The notes beneath the pieces are model-generated. The model saw nothing but the letters and a program-made list of their open reading frames with translations, had not been told where the DNA came from and searched no databases. From a virus (taxonomy: Duplodnaviria; Caudoviricetes): 28,241 bases of DNA. Of the stretch, positions 1 to 7,103 are shown piece by piece. How positions within the stretch are numbered: position 1 is the stretch's first letter; each line of letters starts with the position of its first letter. The stretch spans positions 1-28,241 of the IMG/VR virus record IMGVR_UViG_3300033067_000434; one strand, written 5' to 3'. Made by a program: the position numbers and the translations under genes.

Positions 1-507
1 ATCTCGACACCGCTCGCAGCGGCCGTTGCCACTGTGTCGGCTGTCAGTCGTCCCGCAGATCACACACCTCTCGTGCCGCTTCGACCACTTCCCTGGAGGC
101 AGCGGCTGGCCACCGAGCGTCTTCGCTGGGGGCTTCCGCACCCGTGGCGGTTGCGCCTTCCATGCGCACGGCTTGCACCGTCCGCCGTGGTCGTGCGGGC
201 GCTCTGTCTTGCCACATCCGATGCACCTGGCATGATTTCGGGACCACTGCCCGGGCGCGAGGATCTGGCCCGCGAACGCCCTGATCGGCCGTGGTTGCGC
301 TGCCGGCTTGACGAACGCCAGCGGCTCGGGCTCATCAACTATGATCGGGTTAACAGAGCACGATGCGCAGTAGATCAGGTTGGTGTTGACCAGGATGCCG
401 TACGTGTTGCCCTTCCTGATCGCCGCGCCACATGACGTGGCCGAGCAGTTGAGCGTGATCGACAGGTCATCTGGCCGGAGATCCTCCTCCAGCTTGCACA
501 TCCTCAT
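1..507 (-). CDS. Cys/His-rich multi zinc-finger protein, truncated by window edge (absent from ORF track)
   Basis: Manual translation from ATG 507, open to position 1: MRMCKLEEDL...CSATSC...CASC...WSRNHARCIGCGKTERPHDHGGRCKPC...WSKRHERCVICGTTDSRHSGNGRCERCRD. Starts just after the HNH gene stop at 512. Confidence 0.8.
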   Translation of the reverse strand, partial: MRMCKLEEDLRPDDLSITLNCSATSCGAAIRKGNTYGILVNTNLIYCASCSVNPIIVDEPEPLAFVKPAAQPRPIRAFAGQILAPGQWSRNHARCIGCGKTERPHDHGGRCKPCAWKAQPPRVRKPPAKTLGGQPLPPGKWSKRHERCVICGTTDSRHSGNGRCERCRD

Positions 508-511
508 GGCG

Positions 512-1006
512 CTACTCGGTGGCATATGGCATCTCCCGAAGCCTGACGATCCGAGCGGCTTCGGCCGCGTCTACTTCTGAGGCGAACCGGCCGAGACGGA
601 ACCTTTTCCCTGCCGTCTTCACCTCGGCGCGCCAAAGGCCGGTCTGGCGGTCAAAATGGACGCCACGAAAGATGGACGTTCGACCGATCTGGGAGGCCTG
701 GTTCTGCATGTTTTGCTGCTGAGTGATCACGCGGAGGTTTGCGCGGCGATTGTCAAGCCTGTTTCTGTTGATGTGATCGGGGGTTAGTCCTTTGGAGAGC
801 TGAGAGGCCATCAGTTCGCGATGCATACGGATCGAGCGTTGAACCCCGCCGCGATACGTGCCTCTCACCGCGTAGCCGTGTGACAGCGACCAGTGCCACT
901 GATTCAGCCAGGTAGCGTCAGCGGCATCAACGATGGCGTACGCGCGAATGCTGCCGTCTCTGGCGCGAAGAGGAATACGGACCGACTCTTGAATTGCACC
1001 AGTCAT
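512..1006 (-). CDS. HNH endonuclease with C-terminal AP2 DNA-binding domain
   Basis: MHR...DHINRNRLDNRRANLR HNH motif, then SIFRGVHF...WRAEV...LGRFASEVDAAEA AP2 motif. Start placed at ATG 1006 (ATGA overlap with upstream stop), not 1264. Confidence 0.92.
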   Translation of the reverse strand: MTGAIQESVRIPLRARDGSIRAYAIVDAADATWLNQWHWSLSHGYAVRGTYRGGVQRSIRMHRELMASQLSKGLTPDHINRNRLDNRRANLRVITQQQNMQNQASQIGRTSIFRGVHFDRQTGLWRAEVKTAGKRFRLGRFASEVDAAEAARIVRLREMPYATE

Positions 1007-1206
1007 CGTCGGTTGCCCCTCTGGTATCGTATGTCGTCGCGCCACACCGGCGTGGCGTCGCGGTAGGGGATCTCGTGAACCTCGCCCGTGAAGGGGTCGC
1101 GGACGGCGATGTAGCCCGTTGTGTGGCCCCACTGGGCCGGGCAAAGCGGCCGAGCCGTTCGGGCTGCCTCGCGGGAGTCCATGCGCGTCGCTGCTGTTCC
1201 GCTCAT
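1003..1206 (-). CDS. Hypothetical phage protein (67 aa)
   Basis: ATG at 1206 overlaps the upstream stop and its own stop overlaps the HNH start; MSGTAATR...GYIAVRDPFTGEVHEIPY. Confidence 0.7.
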   Translation of the reverse strand: MSGTAATRMDSREAARTARPLCPAQWGHTTGYIAVRDPFTGEVHEIPYRDATPVWRDDIRYQRGNRR

Positions 1207-1679
1207 TGCGCACCGCCTTTCCGTCGCAGCCAGACGGCGCAAGCAATCGTCTGCCAGGTCTCAACGCTCAGCGCGGGGAGGAACCGCTCCCAACGCGCCC
1301 GGAGCCACGCCACCAGCTCCACCAGCGTGCTCGGAGCGGCTGCGGCGAACTCGGCCGGGCTCAACGTCGGCGCGACCATCAGGTCCGGCAGCTGTTCCTG
1401 CGGCGCAATCTGTGCGATCTTGTTGTCAGGCAACTTGGCGAGCACGTCAGCGAGGCCAGGAGCGGCGCTATCAGCCACCATGCGGCCTGCCACAATGCTG
1501 GCGCGCGCCTGGGCGTCGATCATGTGCGAGCGGAAGTAGGCGCACCTGTGAGCGTTGCAGTCAGAGTGCGCCTGCTCGGCGTGCATCTCGCACTCGTATG
1601 CCTTGCGCTGCCAGTAGGTCTGGAGCTTGGACAGCCGATCTCTGGTGTCAGGGTCGTCGATCAGTCGATGTGTGGTCAC
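1203..1679 (-). CDS. Hypothetical phage protein
   Basis: 158-aa ORF with 4-nt overlaps to both neighbours; no recognised motif. Confidence 0.7.
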   Translation of the reverse strand: MTTHRLIDDPDTRDRLSKLQTYWQRKAYECEMHAEQAHSDCNAHRCAYFRSHMIDAQARASIVAGRMVADSAAPGLADVLAKLPDNKIAQIAPQEQLPDLMVAPTLSPAEFAAAAPSTLVELVAWLRARWERFLPALSVETWQTIACAVWLRRKGGAQ

Positions 1680-2395
1680 GATGCAGCCTCCGCGAGCACA
1701 GCAGCCAGCAACTGCCGACCCAGGTACTCCGAGTAAGCGGGCGGGATCGCCTCTTTGATCTCTGACCAGTCCATCCAGTCGATGCCCATCGCCGCGCGGG
1801 CTTCCTCGATCGACTTCGCGGTCCGAATCAGAGACTTCGTCGTGTACCGGCCCGATCGGGCGATAGTCGTGTTGTTGCGGTAGCGGTAGGTGGTGTGGCC
1901 GTCCGGCCGTGCGCCATAGACTCCGAGCGGTGCTACCGTTCGCTTGGCCCCCTGGGGAGCCGTCAGCAGGAGGTTCGACTCAAACAGGCGCGGGCGGTGG
2001 ACCCCCAACCCGAACATGCCGCCGTGAAGCACCACGGTGGCCTGCATGTGGTGAACGGCTCCCTGGACGTTCTCGATCACCCAGGGCTGTCGGTAGCCGC
2101 GCAACATGGCCCGCGTAGGCGTCAACAGGTTGACGTGGTCGTCGGTGGGGCCGCCCTTGCCCCGGTAGCGAGATGACATCTGGGTGAACGCCTGGCATGG
2201 TGGCGATGCGTGGATGGCGTCGAACTCCGATCCGTGCTCCTCGATGAAGGCGAGCGCGTCGCCCTGGTGGAACTTGAGCGGGTAGCGCGGCTGCGGCTTG
2301 ATGTCCACGCCCACAACCTCGAATCCGGCGCGGCTGTATCCGACCGATGCACCGCCAGCGCCGCAGAACAGATCGAGCAGTCGCGGCCGGCTCAT
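1676..2395 (-). CDS. DNA cytosine-5 methyltransferase (short phage type)
   Basis: LLDLFCGAGG (motif I), HASPPCQ (catalytic PC), IENV (motif VI), HRPRLF (motif VIII-like), terminal AIPPAY. Confidence 0.9.
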   Translation of the reverse strand: MSRPRLLDLFCGAGGASVGYSRAGFEVVGVDIKPQPRYPLKFHQGDALAFIEEHGSEFDAIHASPPCQAFTQMSSRYRGKGGPTDDHVNLLTPTRAMLRGYRQPWVIENVQGAVHHMQATVVLHGGMFGLGVHRPRLFESNLLLTAPQGAKRTVAPLGVYGARPDGHTTYRYRNNTTIARSGRYTTKSLIRTAKSIEEARAAMGIDWMDWSEIKEAIPPAYSEYLGRQLLAAVLAEAAS

Positions 2396-2577
2396 GCTCC
2401 CTCTCCGAGGTTGGCGCAGGCGAACACGAACGCGCAGGTCACCAGGACGTAGGTCACGGCGACCCAGCCCGCGCTGAGCTGGTAGCGGTCAGCCAGCGCG
2501 CTGCCGACCAGGATGGAGACCATGAGCAGCAGCGAGTAGGCGAACAGGTAGGTGACCTGGCTGACGGTGATGTTCAT
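2392..2577 (-). CDS. Small membrane protein (two hydrophobic segments)
   Basis: 61 aa, two long hydrophobic stretches, ATGA-coupled to the methyltransferase. Confidence 0.7.
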   Translation of the reverse strand: MNITVSQVTYLFAYSLLLMVSILVGSALADRYQLSAGWVAVTYVLVTCAFVFACANLGEGA

Positions 2578-2578
2578 G

Positions 2579-2704
2579 TCAGCCTGCCATCCCTATCGCC
2601 ACGATCAGCATGACGATCACGCCGGCCATCATGATGCTGAGCAGCAGCCCCGCCAGGAGCGCAGCCTCGGCCTGGTCAATCTCGGATTGCGGCTGGTCGA
2701 TCAT
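2579..2704 (-). CDS. Small single-pass membrane protein (41 aa, absent from ORF track)
   Basis: MIDQPQSEIDQAEAALLAGLLLSIMMAGVIVMLIVAIGMAG; ATGA overlap upstream, fills the gap to the next gene. Confidence 0.65.
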   Translation of the reverse strand: MIDQPQSEIDQAEAALLAGLLLSIMMAGVIVMLIVAIGMAG

Positions 2705-2886
2705 TCGAGTGCCTTTCCTGCGTACTGGTCGCTGACGTGCGCCTCGTGGGCCTGGCGAGCGAGAAGCTGCAATCGGCCCCCCTCCTCGCAGACGGGCGTC
2801 CGATTGACTCGACAGGGCACGCAGCCAGCGTCGTGCACGTCCTGACGCTGCATGGCGTGGTGCCAGAGCGCCGCCGCCTCACTCAC
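2701..2886 (-). CDS. Small putative Zn-binding protein
   Basis: GTG start at 2886 overlapping the end of the upstream gene; H-x3-C-x2-C-x7-C pattern (HDAGCVPCRVNRTPVC). Confidence 0.6.
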   Translation of the reverse strand: MSEAAALWHHAMQRQDVHDAGCVPCRVNRTPVCEEGGRLQLLARQAHEAHVSDQYAGKALE

Positions 2887-3178
2887 TGCCCACACGGCTG
2901 GCCTCCCGCATCCGCGCCAGCAGGCTGACCACAGCCTCGGCGGTCTCGCGGGCGTAGACGCGATGCCCGCCACTCGTCTCGACGGTCGCCCCGAGGGGCT
3001 TGCCCGACTCGGAGTACCGAGTCTCGACCTTGACGACCTGCGAGGCCAGCACGTAGACGGCGCTCTCGATGTCCTCGATGTTCGGCCGCGCGACCTTGAC
3101 GTGCAGCACGATCAGGCCGGCGTTGATCGCCTGCTGATGGACGGACGGCGGTCGAACTGGTAAAGTGGTGGTGGTCAC
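2879..3178 (-). CDS. Hypothetical phage protein
   Basis: 99 aa with AGGAGGG ribosome-binding site just upstream of the GTG start. Confidence 0.75.
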   Translation of the reverse strand: MTTTTLPVRPPSVHQQAINAGLIVLHVKVARPNIEDIESAVYVLASQVVKVETRYSESGKPLGATVETSGGHRVYARETAEAVVSLLARMREASRVGSE

Positions 3179-3208
3179 GTTCCCTCCTGGGGGATGTCTC
3201 GGGCCGGA

Positions 3209-3577
3209 TCAGTTGCGACCTGATCCGGCCTTTTGCTTGTCCGCGCTGCGTGCGCGGCCGGCCGCTGGTGCGGCTTCCACGATCTCGGCTCGCCACGGCA
3301 CGGGGCCGGGCACGATCAGGGCGTACTCACCGTCGAGGTTCGCGGCCGGCCGCATGGGCGTCGGCGCCGCGCGGTAGCCTCCCCCGTCTGGTGTCTGCTC
3401 GGCAGCTACGGATGTCGTGTGGCGTGTCTCGTAGGCAGCCACGGCCTCGGGGCTGAACCTCCAATCTCGGCCGCGCTTGAGGGCCGGCAGCACGCGGTTG
3501 CGAGCCATGCGGTTGACGGTGGACGGCGAGCAGCCCCACCGCGCAGCCAGATCGCTCGCCGTCAGCAGGCCCGCCAT
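3209..3577 (-). CDS. Excisionase-like / MerR-type HTH DNA-binding protein
   Basis: LLTASDLAARWGCSPSTVNRMARNRVLPALKRGRDWRF is a typical HTH_17-like pattern; start ATG 3577 directly after the upstream stop. Confidence 0.85.
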   Translation of the reverse strand: MAGLLTASDLAARWGCSPSTVNRMARNRVLPALKRGRDWRFSPEAVAAYETRHTTSVAAEQTPDGGGYRAAPTPMRPAANLDGEYALIVPGPVPWRAEIVEAAPAAGRARSADKQKAGSGRN

Positions 3578-3578
3578 G

Positions 3579-3806
3579 TCAGACCGCCGCCGCTTCCGGC
3601 TCAAGCGCGTCGGCTATCCGCGCCAACCGCTGGTCCCGATCAAGCCCCTGCGCCACGTAGCGGCGAATCAGGTCTGCACGCGAGCCGTGCGGCGGCGTCA
3701 GATCATCAAGCCGCGCAAGCTGCTCCTGCGTGACCTGGATGGTGATCTTCACGAGGCCGCCACTCGTGGTAGCGCGAGTCTCAACGGTGGTCGGCTGGCG
3801 TTCCAA
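3579..3806 (-). CDS. Ribbon-helix-helix (CopG/Arc-like) transcriptional regulator
   Basis: VKITIQVTQEQLARLDDL...SRADLIRRYVAQGL RHH pattern; AGGAGG 6 nt before TTG at 3806. Confidence 0.8.
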   Translation of the reverse strand: MERQPTTVETRATTSGGLVKITIQVTQEQLARLDDLTPPHGSRADLIRRYVAQGLDRDQRLARIADALEPEAAAV

Positions 3807-3843
3807 TCTGCACCTCCTGGACGATTCAACTTGCATCACCACC

Positions 3844-3873
3844 AAGATACAACCTAGAACGCTTCTATGTCAA
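3844..3873 (-). promoter_or_regulatory. Sigma70-type promoter of the early operon with palindromic operator-like spacer
   Basis: Minus strand TTGACA-N18-TATCTT in a locally AT-rich intergenic stretch; spacer contains the inverted repeat TAGAA-cgc-TTCTA (3855-3867). Confidence 0.7.
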
Positions 3874-4069
3874 CCGCTTTACATGATACAAATAGGAACG
3901 GTTCCAAAAGAACCGCGACAGAGTAGGATGAGGGTAGGCAAGGCGTCCCTGGAGCGCCGCTCTCTCTGGTCACTGGTCAGCCCTCCTGGTAGACGCCGTG
4001 CAAGCGGCGTATTCAGTGCACTGAGCGAGCGAATGGCACGCGGGTTTGCACGCGCCCCTGAACGCACAG

Positions 4070-4105
4070 AGAAGCCCCCGGACCATCACTGGTCCGGGGG
4101 CTTCT
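4070..4105. terminator. Intrinsic terminator-like hairpin closing the late operon (possibly bidirectional)
   Basis: Perfect 16-bp stem AGAAGCCCCCGGACCA-tcac-TGGTCCGGGGGCTTCT about 20 nt after the last late gene; short U-tracts on either strand. Confidence 0.8.
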
Positions 4106-4124
4106 TGGCGGTCGAGTGCCGGCG

Positions 4125-4439
4125 TCAGTCTACCTCGGCATCAGGCAGTGCCTTTGCGCGGTCAGCGTCGCGTTTCGCGTCCAACGCTTCGCGGACCTTG
4201 CCGCTGGCCGCGTATCCAGGGTCCAGGCGGGAGAACATCTCGTCAATCGCTCCCACCATACCCTCGACGTGCTGCATGGCCTGTGACGAGTCTCTTACGT
4301 GCTCGGCCTGAAATACGATGTGGTTTTGGATGTTGTGGAGACAGAGCGCCATCGTCTCCATCAGCGTCAACTCTTCCGCTTTCGCCTTGCGGGCCAGAGC
4401 CTCGTACCAACCAGTATGCGAGTGCTGTTCAGCGCTCAT
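4125..4439 (-). CDS. Hypothetical helical protein, last gene of tail module
   Basis: 104 aa, starts directly after the fibre gene stop; might be a fibre chaperone (speculative). Confidence 0.7.
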   Translation of the reverse strand: MSAEQHSHTGWYEALARKAKAEELTLMETMALCLHNIQNHIVFQAEHVRDSSQAMQHVEGMVGAIDEMFSRLDPGYAASGKVREALDAKRDADRAKALPDAEVD

Positions 4440-4440
4440 C

Positions 4441-5910
4441 TCACGACTTCCTGCAATAGACGTAGCCCCGCGACGGCGGCACGATGGATGCGACGACGGT
4501 CGATGCGGTCAGGCTGGAAACGGTGACTGACAGGGATGGCACGCTCAGACCAGGCACGCTCAGACCAGGCACGCTGGAGCTGGTGACGCCTGTCAGCGTC
4601 TGGAGTGTGGCATCGGCCTTGATTGTAGTTGCAGTGCCACCCCCGGTCGCGATGGATGCGCTGCTGGTATTGTCCGGGTTGCTCGCCGCACCGCTCGAAA
4701 TTGTACCTGGGGCAGTGCCCGTCCCTGTGGTGCCCGTCCCTGTAGTACCAGTTCCCGTGGTGCCCGTCCCTGTTCCCGTGACGGTCTGGGCGAGATCCCA
4801 ATAGGCCCCGTAGTTCGTCGCTTCAACGAACGTGTTTGAGAACGTGGTTCCAGCCCCTACGGGGAGCCGCCCATCCAGCAATGTCTCCCTGGACCATCCG
4901 GACGGAATCTCAGCAGCCGTGCGAACCATCGCCACCAGGCCGCTCGGCACAAAAGCGCCTGCGTTGCCAGTGTGGTAGATCGTCTGCCCGCCGATCCTAC
5001 CGATTGAAACCCCGCCCGAGCGCAGCGCCTGAAACATCGCCGTCGTCGTTAGCCCCTGGTCGTAGACCTCGAAGCTGTCGTTATGGGCGTTGACCACCAG
5101 TCCCTGAGCGGCGTAGTCCTTGGCACCGCTCGGCGTGGCTCCCGAGTTGCCTCGGAACGTGACGCCAACCGTTCCGCCAAAAACCAGCTGCCCGCTCATG
5201 GTGTCGCCGGCCTTGTTCACCGGCGTGTACCCGAGCGCGGCCAGTACCGCTGTTGCCCGCGCCACCCAGGCCGCCGAGTTCGCGTCCACTGACTGGAGCC
5301 ACTCGTTCGAACCAGCGGGGTTGGCCGGCATGAACTGCCGGAAGTATCGAATGTCGCCCTTATCGACGTTCGCGTCCGAACTGGCGATGATCGCGTTGGT
5401 GACCGCCAGCACTGGCGTGGTGTACGTCTCGGGATCGTCCGCGCCGCCGACCTCGTTATCGGTGAGGCCGTGCTCGGGATCGATCATCAGGCCGGCGTGC
5501 TCGACCCACTCCTCGGCCTGGGAGACGTGGTCAACGGCCGCGCCCCACGGCTCCCAGTTCTGCGCCTGGGGCGGGAACGGGTCGAGGTCCGCTTCGATCT
5601 GCTGCCAGTTCTCCGGCCAGACGAGCGGGCGCCAGGCGTTGCCAGCCTTGAGGTTGCCGCATCGCATGCACCAGAACAGAGCGTGTCCGCGCCACACATC
5701 CTCGGCTGAGAACGCGCAGTCCGGACACCAGGCCCGCCACACGCCGTGGTTGAGCAGCGCGCGAGCTGGCGTGGCGTCTGGTGCGACGAACGTCGGTGCG
5801 GGAATGCGGTAGCCCTGAGCGCGTGCGATGGCCATGATGCGACTGTCGCGCGGCCACTGCTGAATCGACAACTTGAAGCCGCGCGGGTTGGTGCGAGCGT
5901 CGTAGATCAT
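4441..5910 (-). CDS. Tail fibre-like protein with N-terminal CxxC/CxxC domain and C-terminal collar/needle-like region
   Basis: WCPDC...WCMRCGN domain; LGYTPVNKAGDTMSG fibre motif; VPSGLVAM...IPSGW...GRLPVGAG and IVPPSRGYVYCRK collar-like motifs; GTGTT and SVPGL repeats. Confidence 0.8.
   Translation of the reverse strand: MIYDARTNPRGFKLSIQQWPRDSRIMAIARAQGYRIPAPTFVAPDATPARALLNHGVWRAWCPDCAFSAEDVWRGHALFWCMRCGNLKAGNAWRPLVWPENWQQIEADLDPFPPQAQNWEPWGAAVDHVSQAEEWVEHAGLMIDPEHGLTDNEVGGADDPETYTTPVLAVTNAIIASSDANVDKGDIRYFRQFMPANPAGSNEWLQSVDANSAAWVARATAVLAALGYTPVNKAGDTMSGQLVFGGTVGVTFRGNSGATPSGAKDYAAQGLVVNAHNDSFEVYDQGLTTTAMFQALRSGGVSIGRIGGQTIYHTGNAGAFVPSGLVAMVRTAAEIPSGWSRETLLDGRLPVGAGTTFSNTFVEATNYGAYWDLAQTVTGTGTGTTGTGTTGTGTTGTGTAPGTISSGAASNPDNTSSASIATGGGTATTIKADATLQTLTGVTSSSVPGLSVPGLSVPSLSVTVSSLTASTVVASIVPPSRGYVYCRKS
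4538..4575. repeat. 15-bp tandem repeat, about 2.5 copies (encodes SVPGL repeats)
   Basis: GGCACGCTCAGACCA twice, followed by GGCACGCT. Confidence 0.9.
4715..4774. repeat. 15-bp degenerate tandem repeat, 4 copies (encodes GTGTT repeats)
   Basis: GTGCCCGTCCCTGTG / GTGCCCGTCCCTGTA / GTACCAGTTCCCGTG / GTGCCCGTCCCTGTT. Confidence 0.9.
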
Positions 5911-7103
5911 CGGACTACTCTCACATCAGTTGCGCCCGGGTACAGCATGACTGCACCCGGCTTGCGGAGCGTCGTGCTCCAGTCGATGCCGCCGGCTGGC
6001 TTGACCGGCAGCCCGCCGCAGTAGATGTCGGAGTGCTTCAGGCTCGCGAGCGCCGGGTTGCTCGACGCTGCCTCTTGCACCAGCGCGAACGCGCCAGGGT
6101 TGGACGGCACAACGCTCAACTCGGCAGCGATGTTCACCTGGTCGAAGACCGCCTCCGGCGAGCCGCTCAACATCGCGTAGTGGAAGTACAGCTCAGCCCC
6201 CCGCACTTCCAGCCCGCTGATGCCCTGGTCGGCGTAGAGGGCGAAGGTCGGCGCGTGACTGGAGTGCTGCACCGGATTCGTGCCAGGAATCACCACCGGC
6301 TCAGCCTCCAGCACGTCGTTCAGGAACAGCAGGCCGCGCGTTGGGCCGGTGAACCGCGCCTGGGCCATGCCGGCCGGCTGACCATGCGGCACGGTGACAG
6401 ACCACACGCGGCCGTTTAAGGTCAGCCGCGAAATGTTGCCGCTGCCGAGGACGGCGGCCCCGCTCGGGACAAAGCTGTGGATCTCCATGCCTCGAAACTC
6501 GTGGTTGCGAGTCTCGACCAGGCGCAGAGCAGACCGCTGCGGCAGGCCGGACGACGGCACGTAGGAGTAGTCCCAGGCGTGCAGCCGGCCAGCCGTGAAG
6601 GTGCAGTCGTTGGTGTTCGGGCCGACCAGTTTGTACGCGCCGTCCCGATACGACCCGAGCGCATGTACATCGTAGACGTGGCTCGCCGAGAAGTGCTGGC
6701 CGCCCCAGACGACGCCACTGTCCAGCGTCGTCCGGTCAGTCAGCACGGGAGCCGAGACATCCGTCCATGCCGAGAAGCCCTCGAATCTGGACGCCCCCGT
6801 GTTTGGGACGCGGAGCACCGCTCCCGTGGCTCCGGCGGCGGACTTGCGGATCAGCTCGCTCCGCTCAGAACCCAGTCCTCGAAAAAGCATGTGATCCGTG
6901 CCGGCCGGAGCGGTCAGTACCAGCTCGTCGGCGTGCAGCCACCGCCCTTTGCACAGTTCCATCACGTCGCCGGCAGCAAGCGCCGTCGTGCACCAGTCCT
7001 GCCAGGCTGTCATCGGGTTGACGGTGAGGCCGTCGTTGTGGGGCAGGAACTCGCAGGCGTAGCTGATGCCGTGGTGTGGCTGGCACTGATGGTTGAGCGG
7101 CAT
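5907..7103 (-). CDS. Putative tailspike / beta-helix (pectate-lyase-like) protein
   Basis: Lies among fibre genes; GDVMELCKGRW...FRGLGSERSEL resembles the start of right-handed beta-helix proteins. Fold is inferred. Confidence 0.55.
   Translation of the reverse strand: MPLNHQCQPHHGISYACEFLPHNDGLTVNPMTAWQDWCTTALAAGDVMELCKGRWLHADELVLTAPAGTDHMLFRGLGSERSELIRKSAAGATGAVLRVPNTGASRFEGFSAWTDVSAPVLTDRTTLDSGVVWGGQHFSASHVYDVHALGSYRDGAYKLVGPNTNDCTFTAGRLHAWDYSYVPSSGLPQRSALRLVETRNHEFRGMEIHSFVPSGAAVLGSGNISRLTLNGRVWSVTVPHGQPAGMAQARFTGPTRGLLFLNDVLEAEPVVIPGTNPVQHSSHAPTFALYADQGISGLEVRGAELYFHYAMLSGSPEAVFDQVNIAAELSVVPSNPGAFALVQEAASSNPALASLKHSDIYCGGLPVKPAGGIDWSTTLRKPGAVMLYPGATDVRVVR

Noticed and set aside
1007-1264. 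N-terminal extension of the HNH ORF given in the track
   Set aside because: Overlaps two coupled genes and is low-complexity; the ATGA-coupled start at 1006 fits better.
1676-2395. Restriction-modification system
   Set aside because: No cognate restriction enzyme; the nearby HNH-AP2 protein is of the homing type and is not adjacent.
3895-3913. GAAC/GTTC motifs as a LexA (SOS) box
   Set aside because: Spacing is GAAC-N1-GTTC and GTTC-N5-GAAC, matching neither GAAC-N4-GTTC nor GTTC-N7-GTTC.
3930-4069. tRNA or attP site in the intergenic region
   Set aside because: No cloverleaf, T-loop or CCA pattern, and no integrase or recognisable core repeat.
4538-4774. Tandem repeats as a CRISPR array or DGR variable region
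   Set aside because: In-frame 15-bp coding repeats with no spacers; no reverse transcriptase or adenine-variant template copy seen in the window.
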